Of a stretch of 64,000 nt of DNA, positions 1-8,208 are shown one piece after another (the first letter of the stretch is position 1; each line of letters opens with the position of its first letter). The notes under the pieces were generated by a model. It did no database searches, was not told the DNA's origin, and worked only from the letters and a program-made list of their open reading frames with translations. The stretch comes from Promethearchaeota archaeon (GTDB taxonomy: Archaea; Asgardarchaeota; Lokiarchaeia; Sigyniarchaeales; SOKP01). The position numbers were made by a program, and so were the translations under genes. The stretch is from positions 61,461 to 125,460 of the forward strand of contig JAHLWS010000026.1 of NCBI GenBank assembly GCA_019057795.1, given 5' to 3'.

Positions 1-28
1 TCATTTCCTCTAGAATAATATTTAAAGT

Positions 29-172
29 TAAGTTCCAATCTTTATTCTCTTTATATTTTGGAATTAACACTTCGCTTATTATTATTTCAAAAAGAGTTTT
101 GGGCGCTTGTTCGTCGAATTCAACCTCTAAACCAGACCTTAGTTTAATTTTTTTAACCAATTCGAACCTCAA
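29..172 (-). CDS. small hypothetical protein (47 aa, MRFELVKKIKLRSGLEVEF...KDWN), not in the ORF track
   Basis: Manual translation: TTG at 172, TAA at 29-31, protein-like composition. It is followed by GAGGA-A-ATG at positions 10-2, the probable start of a next minus-strand gene leaving the window. Confidence 0.5.
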
Positions 173-365
173 CTCAATAATTAATCTGCTTAAAATTTGC
201 TTCTTATTAAATAATAGACTATTTTTTTTTATACTTTTTGGGACTTTATAAATCTTGAGTTAGAAATCAGCAATTCAAAAATATAAATATAAAAAAAATA
301 TAAACAAAACAAACTCTTTTTTTAAATTATCTTATAACCAAATTTTTCAGTTTGGAAAAAGGAGT

Positions 366-499
366 AAATCGGAAACCAAGATTTTCAAAATTATAAAAAG
401 AGGAGATGTATTTATCTAATAACAGGGTTAAGGGTTGAGGTATTGAGTCTTCCGACTCTTAGGTATAAGAATATATTTTTTGATCATGGTTTCCAATTT
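366..499 (-). ncRNA. candidate structured small RNA / leader
   Basis: 17-bp closing stem (366-382 with 483-499; one G-U and one mismatch on the minus strand), internal GAGUC-GGAA-GACUC GNRA hairpin (445-458), and TTTATATA box at 530-537 on the minus strand. Confidence 0.3.
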
Positions 500-769
500 T
501 TTTTTATAGTTAGATATTGATCACTTAACTATATAAAGATATCTATCTTTTCACATGACAAAAGGGAAAATCGAAAATAGGTTAGTATAAGGCTATTAAA
601 AGTCAATTTAAAAAGATACTGCGATTATATTACTAAAAATGAGAGTTTTTGGAAATTTAGACGAGATTTAGGAAATTATTATAAGGAAGTTTATATTCTT
701 TGTCTAATTTCTAAGAATAGCATAATTCCCATATTGGATTTCCATGTTGTAAGTAAGTTAAACAGGTAA

Positions 770-1594
770 CTACGAAATAATTTTCTTTTGAATTTTTTTA
801 ATAATTTTTCGACGAAAATCTATCTTTTTCTCATTAACCAATTCAATTATAGCGTTATATATCATGTATTTTCCATATTTTTTTTTAAAAGACTTTAAAA
901 TTGCCTTTAACAATCTATTCTCGTCATACCGTGCTTTCTTATTCTTCAGATAATAAAAATTTACAATTCTCTTTTTCAAGACATTTTTTAAATTCTTATC
1001 GTAGAACCGAGCGATCTTGTACCCTGAAAATTCCGTACACAATATGTTCCAGCTAGGAATTCCTGTAAAATTTGAATCCCTAAAATAATAGCTATCGTAT
1101 CGAGTTTTAAAAAACCCGCGTTTGTTTTTATTTAATGGTTTAGAAAAATGAAGTGCGAAAGGCATTCTAAGAGATGCCTTATTTTTACGAATGTTCAAAT
1201 TAACGTAATAGACACGGCCCCCATACATTCGATGCAAGAAATTTTCTGCTAAGCTAATTTTTATACATTTGGTATCAACGGGGTATTTTGGCGATGCAAC
1301 ACAGTTCCCTTCCCCATATAACACCCATAAAATGTAGATACCTTGTTGATTATAATCCTTCGTTCTTTTGATAATTTCTTTTACAGTAATTTTAGAATTT
1401 TGAACTTCTACTACTACTTCTTTTCCTGTATCGAGTTTAAAATACACATCGGCAAAGCGATTCCCTAAATATTTTTCAAGGGATCTTTTTATTACCGACT
1501 TATCGTTTTCATAAATATATTTGTACAATAATAACTTGATCGCTTTATGGAAATGAGATTCTGCTGGAGTGCTAATCAGTGAGATTTCCTTCAT
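770..1594 (-). CDS. CoiA-like PD-(D/E)XK nuclease family protein
   Basis: ESxxH near the N-terminus and E...RFADVY...VVEVQxS motif typical of CoiA-type nucleases. Confidence 0.7.
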   Translation of the reverse strand: MKEISLISTPAESHFHKAIKLLLYKYIYENDKSVIKRSLEKYLGNRFADVYFKLDTGKEVVVEVQNSKITVKEIIKRTKDYNQQGIYILWVLYGEGNCVASPKYPVDTKCIKISLAENFLHRMYGGRVYYVNLNIRKNKASLRMPFALHFSKPLNKNKRGFFKTRYDSYYFRDSNFTGIPSWNILCTEFSGYKIARFYDKNLKNVLKKRIVNFYYLKNKKARYDENRLLKAILKSFKKKYGKYMIYNAIIELVNEKKIDFRRKIIKKIQKKIIS

Positions 1595-1744
1595 TTTGCC
1601 CTAAATAGCAAAAAGCAAGTTCTTTTCTTAAAAAGATTCTTAGACACTTAATATATCTAAACAGTATTATGAATTTTTGAATTTTTAGACCAAATTTGGG
1701 TGGTTACAAAATTCAGTGATGGGGTTTAATATAGTTAAATATAG

Positions 1745-2518
1745 TTAAAAAATGAAAATTAGAAAAAAACTTATTAAAAATGTTAAGATAGAATTAATAA
1801 AAAAATATGTTAAAATTTGAGTCTTCTGATTAATAGTTTCAGATAATAAGTTTTCAAGATTTTTAAAATTACCTTCTTTAATAGTAGTTTCTATATTTTT
1901 AAATTCTATCTCCAATTGAGTTTCTAATTTTGTTATGCCAATTATATTATTTGAAGCCTGAACTGCTTCTTTAAGTAAATTTAATGCCTTTTCATATTTT
2001 CTTTTGTCTAATTCTTCACGAGCTTTGTTTCTAAAAGAAACTGCTCTTTTTTTATTAATTAAATAACGATTAAACAGAAAATATAACCATAATATAAACA
2101 TCATTTGAAGAATTGAAGAGAATATAAGTTCATTAAGAGTATAAGAACTAGAAATCTTAAAATAAAAATAAAGCATATAAAAGAAAACCAATAACCAATA
2201 CCAATTAATTTGCAATAAACCATCGTTTTTATTTGAAAATTCGGATTTTACATAAATATAAGAGGTCCAATAAAGTAAAATACTAAATGATATTATAAAA
2301 ATAAATAGATTTATGAAACTTAAACCAAAATAAATAAAATTAAAAACCAGAATTAATAAATTTAGATCAGATTTTGTATTTTCTTTTTGAAATCCTCCTT
2401 TAACATAATATATAAAAAGAATTAAAAATTCTCCCGTCAATAATGCAATGAATATGAAAAACAATATGAACTCCAATTGAACATTCAAAATAAAAATTTG
2501 GAACATGCTATAAATCAT
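1745..2518 (-). CDS. polytopic membrane protein with a C-terminal TPR/MIT-like helical hairpin (cassette passenger)
   Basis: Several hydrophobic segments, then AREELDKRKYEKALNLLKEA and a terminal TM helix; very AT-rich. Confidence 0.65.
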   Translation of the reverse strand: MIYSMFQIFILNVQLEFILFFIFIALLTGEFLILFIYYVKGGFQKENTKSDLNLLILVFNFIYFGLSFINLFIFIISFSILLYWTSYIYVKSEFSNKNDGLLQINWYWLLVFFYMLYFYFKISSSYTLNELIFSSILQMMFILWLYFLFNRYLINKKRAVSFRNKAREELDKRKYEKALNLLKEAVQASNNIIGITKLETQLEIEFKNIETTIKEGNFKNLENLLSETINQKTQILTYFFINSILTFLISFFLIFIF

Positions 2519-2592
2519 ATAGGGAATTAATTATTTAAACATTCTATTCCCTAAATTGGAAAAAAAAACTAGTTTTGGCGGATTCAATTTAA

Positions 2593-2669
2593 TCAATCTT
2601 TACAAAAATGTCTGTGAATTCAGAGAATCCCTTGATAAAAAGATTAAAAATTATAAACAATTGGGGGCA
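2593..2669 (-). pseudogene. possible degraded zinc-ribbon N-terminus of an IS1/IS1595-type transposase
   Basis: With frameshifts it reads C-P-(N)-C ... K-G-F ... R-H-F-C-K-D-stop. It lies inside the right-hand TIR, downstream of a GGTGA SD at about 2806-2810. Confidence 0.35.
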
Positions 2670-2924
2670 ATATTTCTCCTTCATGGAAGATATATTTAAA
2701 TCCATCTTCAGAACAAATAGAAATTTATTTTTCTTATTATAATTTTTATTTGATTAATTTAAAATTTCCTTAATTGTTTGTTCGAGATCTAATTTTCAAT
2801 TGAATTCACCTATCAGTCATCACTGAATTTTGCACCCAACCCCAAATTTTCCTTTAAATATAATTAGAATATTAAAAATTCATTAAGCTGTATACAATAA
2901 AAAAGCAGAGTTTACTAAATAAAT

Positions 2925-3650
2925 GTGATAAAAATGGTTGATAAACATAGCCAAAGTTTTTTTGGGCAATCGACGGGGCTTACGATTAGAAGTTCTTCAA
3001 AAACAGAACCGTTTATCTTTTTGAAGTGTATCAAGAAAAAATCCGATGGTTCGTGGGAAAAACCCTCTTTAGGAGAAGGAAAGACAATAAAATGTAATTT
3101 AGACGAAATCGTAATGATCTTAGATGTACTAAATCGAAATAGGGCCTCGTGGACCAGCTTTCATAATTTCAACGATGTAAAAACTCAAATATCTTTTAAA
3201 TGGGAGGATAACGCCAAGCAAAAATTATTAATTTATATCGGTAAATATTCTAAGATGTTAAAATTTGCCCAAATTGAAATTTTCAGGTTGTTATTAAAGC
3301 ATATATTAGACGAAAAAATCGAGTTTTCTACGGTTTTGAACTTTGACACTTTAAATAAAAGGGCACTATTACCTAAAGCAGTTAACCAAATAATTGAAGG
3401 AAATAGCTCAAAGACATTACCAATTGTGACAGAAACGGTAGAACGCAAAGAAAGTGAAGTTAGTCAAATAAAAGGCGTTATTGAAGGTGAAACCGAAAAA
3501 GCTTTGCTTATCCAGTTTAACGAAGAGAAAGAAGTGTGGATTCCTAAATCAATTATTCGATCTGATTACAACACTTCAGTAAAAGATAGCACCCAAGATT
3601 TCTTAATCGATAACTGGATACTAAAAAGAAATAATATTAACGCCAATTAA
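2925..3650 (+). CDS. hypothetical protein; N-terminal Whirly/PC4-like ssDNA-binding fold candidate plus small C-terminal beta domain
   Basis: Duplicated beta-sheet/helix pattern (HSQSFFGQSTGLTI, KSDGSWEKP, NLDEIVMIL, SFHNF, LKFAQIEIF); C-terminal ETEKALLI...EVWIPKSII. Confidence 0.55.
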   Translation: MIKMVDKHSQSFFGQSTGLTIRSSSKTEPFIFLKCIKKKSDGSWEKPSLGEGKTIKCNLDEIVMILDVLNRNRASWTSFHNFNDVKTQISFKWEDNAKQKLLIYIGKYSKMLKFAQIEIFRLLLKHILDEKIEFSTVLNFDTLNKRALLPKAVNQIIEGNSSKTLPIVTETVERKESEVSQIKGVIEGETEKALLIQFNEEKEVWIPKSIIRSDYNTSVKDSTQDFLIDNWILKRNNINAN

Positions 3651-4843
3651 CTTTTTTTTTTAAGATTCGGAATAAATTCATCGTCGCAAAGAGCTTTTAA
3701 TTCCCTGTTATAATCAATCATTTTTTTAGCAATTTCAGGATGAGAAAGTAGTTGTATTTCCGCTTTATCGTCGCGATCCCATAATAAGTAAGGAGTAGTT
3801 TCGTGTGGAACCTCATCCTTAACTTGATTTACCCAATCATCAGGTAATTCGTTTTTTAATTCAACATCTAGCATCCGCGCTAAAAATAACGTCCAAGCTC
3901 TTGGTACGGCAGTCATTAAATAACCTCCTCCTCCTCCTGCAATCCATTTGTTCTGACAGTAATCATGAGCAGATGTGTAGAGTGTTTGAGCAATGTCTCG
4001 ATAAATCGAAATCGAAAGCCCCATTTGTGTTAAAGGATCGTTAAAGTACATGTCTACTCCTAACTGAGTTAATAAGACATCGGGGGCATAGGCTTCTAAA
4101 ATCCTAGGTACACAATAACGAAATAATTTTCGAAACATTCTATTATCAGTACCTGGCAACAAAGGAAAGTTAATAGAAAATCCTTTTCCTGCTCCTTCAC
4201 CGACTTCCTTTGTGTTTCCAGTACCTGGAAATAAAAATTTTCCGCTTTCGTGAAAAGAGACCGTTAAAACATTTGGATCGTCGTAAAAAAAACCTTGTAC
4301 ACCATCTCCATGGTGACAATCTATATCCAAATACGCAATTCTTATATCATTTTTTAAATTTTTAAGATGATGAATAGCTACGGCAATATCGTTAAAAATA
4401 CAAAATCCCGAAGCTTTTTTTTTATGTGCGTGGTGAAGTCCTCCTGCTGGATTAAAAGCAATCGTTATATCGTTGTTTTGCCAAACCATATCTGCAGCTA
4501 ACAAACTTGCTCCACACACTAACGCTGATGCCTCGTACATGCCTTTAAAAACAGGAGTATCTCCAGTACCTAACCCATAGAGATATGGTTGAACATTTCT
4601 ATCCGAAGGGTTCTCGCTTAATTTTTTAACTATTTCCACATACTCTGGGTCGTGAGCTCTTTCTATTTCTTTTTGTGAGGCGGGACTTGGTTCAAAGATC
4701 TCCAATCTTTCGTTATTAAAAAGATTTAGTTTCTCCATAAGGCTATATGTAAGTTTAATCCTTAAAGGTCGTAAAGGGTGCTGTGGTCCAAAATTATAAC
4801 TTTGATATTTATTGGTATAAATAAGCGCTGTCTTATTAACCAT
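3647..4843 (-). CDS. class I histone deacetylase / AcuC family Zn-dependent deacetylase
   Basis: HPLRPLR, GGLHHA, SGFCIFND, DIDCHHGDG, QLGVD and GGGGY motifs. Confidence 0.95.
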   Translation of the reverse strand: MVNKTALIYTNKYQSYNFGPQHPLRPLRIKLTYSLMEKLNLFNNERLEIFEPSPASQKEIERAHDPEYVEIVKKLSENPSDRNVQPYLYGLGTGDTPVFKGMYEASALVCGASLLAADMVWQNNDITIAFNPAGGLHHAHKKKASGFCIFNDIAVAIHHLKNLKNDIRIAYLDIDCHHGDGVQGFFYDDPNVLTVSFHESGKFLFPGTGNTKEVGEGAGKGFSINFPLLPGTDNRMFRKLFRYCVPRILEAYAPDVLLTQLGVDMYFNDPLTQMGLSISIYRDIAQTLYTSAHDYCQNKWIAGGGGGYLMTAVPRAWTLFLARMLDVELKNELPDDWVNQVKDEVPHETTPYLLWDRDDKAEIQLLSHPEIAKKMIDYNRELKALCDDEFIPNLKKKS

Positions 4844-4975
4844 AAATAATAATTACAATCCATTTTTTATAAGTTTTTGAAAAAAAAAATACAAAAAATT
4901 ATAATATCGGAGTAACATATAAAAAAATAAAGTTATTTAAGAATATTTCATACTAAATTATTCCACCACTATAAA

Positions 4976-5530
4976 ATGAGTCAAAGATTTACAAAATTCG
5001 TAGAAAGGGTAGCTAAAGACAACGAATTCAAGCCGCTTAAAAATAGGTTATTAAACCATTTACAAAAAGAAAGCGAAAATAAATACAAAAATTACCCGCG
5101 GCTTTTAGAGTTAATGCTTAACTATTGGACTAAATACAAAGAGGGTTTTAAAATTTCGCATCTACTAAGAGACCATTATGAGGAGATTTTCAATTTTTAC
5201 CTTACTACGATCTTTCCTTTCAGAAAGAGAGGTCTGACGCTTTCTGGAGCAGAAGCCCCGACTATAGTCGATTTTAAACTCATTTACCAATATCATTATA
5301 ACTTAGGAGAAATTGAATCTATCAATAAAGTAATGAAGGAATTAAACATTGAAGCAAAAACTGAAAGCGTTTTGAAAAGACTCTTAATTTTTGCTGTAAG
5401 TTCATTTAGCCCCTTGATAGAACAAATTTTTGAACGACCTTTTGCTTTTCAATTTTCTAACATTGACGCAAATCTATTTGATAATGGAGAGTGGGAAGTC
5501 GTAGCAATAATTTCAGCCAGAGAACAATAG
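4976..5530 (+). CDS. hypothetical protein
   Basis: 184-aa ORF with ATG start filling the gap between genes; no recognised motif. Confidence 0.75.
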   Translation: MSQRFTKFVERVAKDNEFKPLKNRLLNHLQKESENKYKNYPRLLELMLNYWTKYKEGFKISHLLRDHYEEIFNFYLTTIFPFRKRGLTLSGAEAPTIVDFKLIYQYHYNLGEIESINKVMKELNIEAKTESVLKRLLIFAVSSFSPLIEQIFERPFAFQFSNIDANLFDNGEWEVVAIISAREQ

Positions 5531-5606
5531 TTTCTTACATTATCTATTGATTTTATAAAGAAATCGCAATTTAAAATTAGATTCTAAAAATTAAGACGAT
5601 TAAATA

Positions 5607-6035
5607 CTATTTTGTCAAATAAGAACCTAAATCCATCATTTTACCATCACCTTTTTTAACTTGGATCTTTCCTTTAATTCCTTTAATTTTCCGCTCTAAA
5701 TGTATAATTGCATCCAAAGGAATCCTTCTTGGAATTCCACCTTGGCGATTGATAATGGCAATTAAATAATCTATATTCATTACTACATCTGGACTAATTA
5801 ACTCGTTGTAAATTGTTTGATATACCATTGGTTCTTTAGTTTTCATTTTTTCTAAATAAGAAAAGGCATCTGGTGCCAAAACAGCTCTCAATACATAAAC
5901 GACTTTTTCAGTTATGGAATGAACTCTCTCCCGCATTTGTTTCTGCTGATTTTGAGCATCCATAAGAACTTTCATTTTTTTCAACCGAAGCCTTTCTAAT
6001 TCGTGTTGTTCTTCGTCGTTGTTGTGCTCGTTCAA
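5607..6035 (-). CDS. PDCD5-like (dsDNA_bind) family protein
   Basis: ELERLRLKKM...VLRAVLAPDAFSYLEKMK matches the PDCD5/MTH1615 pattern; GAGG SD before the TTG start. Confidence 0.65.
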   Translation of the reverse strand: MNEHNNDEEQHELERLRLKKMKVLMDAQNQQKQMRERVHSITEKVVYVLRAVLAPDAFSYLEKMKTKEPMVYQTIYNELISPDVVMNIDYLIAIINRQGGIPRRIPLDAIIHLERKIKGIKGKIQVKKGDGKMMDLGSYLTK

Positions 6036-6070
6036 TATTATTACCTCATGATTATAAATAATCTATAAAA

Positions 6071-6997
6071 TTAAGAATTTACGATTTTTAAAGCAATTTC
6101 TAAGGCTCTTATGCCGTCATCTAGAGTTACTTCTAGCTCTTTATCGTAAAGGAAATTATTAATTTCTCTCTTTAAAGGTTCGTCCCCTTTCAAAGGAGTG
6201 AATGAAGTATCTTTTGTAACTGGCCATTCTCCCTGCAGATCGATACCCGTTCGGATGTTTATCTGCTGAGTAATAAAATCAATTGAAATACCCCCAAATT
6301 CACCGTTAACATACATTCTTCTGAACTTAGATGGCGTTAGCCAATTTGATTCGATCTGACCTATTGCCGTACCGAAATCTAATATTATAAAGGCTGCATC
6401 GGCATGAACGCTATCTTTATAACATTTTTTAACGCCAAATGCATTTATTATCTTGTTTTTACCTAAAATTTTTTCTTGTAGATAAATATCGTGAATAGAT
6501 AAATCTAAAATAACGCCCATGTCCCAATCTCTTTTAGGATACAACCCAACGCGTTTTGACGCAATTGAAATTATCTCTCCTATATCGTTAATGTGGTTTA
6601 ATAATTTATCAAAAGCAGGATTAAACAACTCGATAAATCCAGGCATTATTCGAATGTTGTCGTATTCTTTAAAAGCAATTAAATCTTCTAACTTCAACGC
6701 CATCGGTTTTTCCATTAATATATCTATTCCAGCTTCAGCAAACTTTTTAGCAATTTTTGGAATCTGTTTTGGTTGGGTTACAATGCTTACTGCGTCAATT
6801 TCTTCGTTTTTTATTAGATCTTCTACATTTTTATAAGTGTTAATTTCCTCGTATTGGTCTGCCATTTGCTTTAACTTAGTTTCGTTAATGTCACATATAC
6901 CAACAAGCTCAGAGACGTCATTAAAATTTCTGATATGTGCCCGACCAAACCAACCAGCACCAACAACAGCTGTTCTTTTCTTTTTCATTGTTCTCAA
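6071..6997 (-). CDS. Gfo/Idh/MocA family oxidoreductase (sugar-nucleotide 3-dehydrogenase-like)
   Basis: VVGAGWFG Rossmann motif, EKPMA, DLSIHD, NWLTP. Confidence 0.9.
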   Translation of the reverse strand: MRTMKKKRTAVVGAGWFGRAHIRNFNDVSELVGICDINETKLKQMADQYEEINTYKNVEDLIKNEEIDAVSIVTQPKQIPKIAKKFAEAGIDILMEKPMALKLEDLIAFKEYDNIRIMPGFIELFNPAFDKLLNHINDIGEIISIASKRVGLYPKRDWDMGVILDLSIHDIYLQEKILGKNKIINAFGVKKCYKDSVHADAAFIILDFGTAIGQIESNWLTPSKFRRMYVNGEFGGISIDFITQQINIRTGIDLQGEWPVTKDTSFTPLKGDEPLKREINNFLYDKELEVTLDDGIRALEIALKIVNS

Positions 6998-7162
6998 TCA
7001 AAAAATCAAACTATTTATATTGAAAAATAATGCTAGTCAAAATAAGAATTTTATCAAGTTAAGAGAATCATACTCAAAACATTCATCAATATACATTTCC
7101 TAGAAAGAGGTGAAGAAACTCAAATAGAGTATAATTTAAATATTTTTTGAAATAAGAAATAG

Positions 7163-7314
7163 TCCCCCCACCCGGAATCTCATCCTTCCTAAAGTAGAAA
7201 GGGAGTTTGAGCCGGGGACCTCACGGTATCGGCTGACAATACTTCATAGGCAAAAACCTTAGTATGCGATATTTATCTACAGCCGCGCGCTCTGACCAAC
7301 TGAGCTATGGGGGG
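7163..7314 (-). tRNA. tRNA-Tyr(GTA) with two introns (7228-7276 at ~37/38; 7177-7205 at 59/60)
   Basis: Acceptor stem CCCCCCA/TGGGGGG with C1:G72 and A73, D-arm AGCTCAGTTGGTCAGAGC, anticodon GTA, T-stem CCCGG/CCGGG. Spliced length 74 nt; CCA not encoded. Confidence 0.92.
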
Positions 7315-7544
7315 TCTGAAAAAATATCAATATATTTTTTAATTTAAATAATCATATATTTTTTACGATTTTTCGATAGAATTAACAACATTAAAGGGAA
7401 TTTATGATTTGTAAAAACAAAACTTTTGAATCTTGCTAAATTTTGTAATTTATCCGATTTATAACAAAAATCGAAATTTACACAATATTTTTTAAAGAAA
7501 ACCCTAACTATATATTTAATATTGTTTTAATATTTAAAAAAAAA

Positions 7545-8063
7545 GTGAGCATTATGAGAGAAGAAACTGATTATACTGAAGCCATCGAAACGTACAAAGA
7601 CGATAGTAATGTAATCATTGAACCATGGGGTCGTAGTATCGATCACCTCCGGCTTACAATCATCGGAAAAGATGGAACACCTTATAATAAAGGAAAGTTT
7701 ATTTTCGAAATTAAGTTTCCTGAGAATTACCCGTTTGCGCCTCCCTACGCTTACGCGGTAACCCTCATGTGGCATCCAAACATCGATAGTAGCATACCTC
7801 CCGGGAAGCTTAATATATGTTTAGATTTAATTAACCCCGATTTGGTAGGGAAGGTCGACGCTTCGACAGGGGCGTCAGGTTGGACTCCGTCCAAGACTCT
7901 AACTAATATAATAGAAGCTTTAAAGGGTATGATGCATGTAGAGCCTCCCTTCTTTAATCCTGGAGATCCGCTCAATCACGAAGCGGGCGAACAATATTTC
8001 AGGGCTTTGAAAAAGTTTCAAGCTAAAGCTAAGTCCTGGACATCTAAGTACGCCATGGATTGA
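7545..8063 (+). CDS. ubiquitin-conjugating enzyme E2
   Basis: GTPY..G.F...I.FP..YPF.PP, HPNI, G.LNICLDLI (catalytic Cys), W.P..T, PLN.EA. Confidence 0.96.
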   Translation: MSIMREETDYTEAIETYKDDSNVIIEPWGRSIDHLRLTIIGKDGTPYNKGKFIFEIKFPENYPFAPPYAYAVTLMWHPNIDSSIPPGKLNICLDLINPDLVGKVDASTGASGWTPSKTLTNIIEALKGMMHVEPPFFNPGDPLNHEAGEQYFRALKKFQAKAKSWTSKYAMD

Positions 8064-8208
8064 GCTTATTCCTATTAATTTTTTTATCTCTTCTTTTTTA
8101 ACACACTTCATAAGTCCAACATAGATTGATTGAATACAGAAAAGTTCCATTATTATAATAAAAATATTTATAAAACTAACTGGATTAAAGCAAATAATTA
8201 TTTTTTGA

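Larger units (their letters stand above)
1698..2841 (-). mobile_element. non-autonomous IS-derived insertion cassette (MIC/tIS-like) carrying a passenger gene
   Basis: 24-bp imperfect terminal inverted repeats, 1698-1721 (GGGTGGTTACAAAATTCAGTGATG) and 2818-2841 (rc GGTTGGGTGCAAAATTCAGTGATG), 21/24 identical. They are flanked by an exact 8-bp direct repeat CCAAATTT (1690-1697 and 2842-2849). No intact transposase. Confidence 0.85.

Noticed and set aside
424-436. Telomere-like AGGGTTAAGGGTT
   Set aside because: Only two imperfect units; compatible with chance.
2608-2742. 44-aa plus-strand ORF (MSVNSENPL...) inside the cassette
   Set aside because: No SD or motif; lies opposite the putative transposase remnant.
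7221-7290. Alternative splice at GT^A / GA^T giving a GTT (Asn) anticodon
   Set aside because: It would leave a 6-nt anticodon loop, and C1:G72 with A73 are Tyr identity elements.
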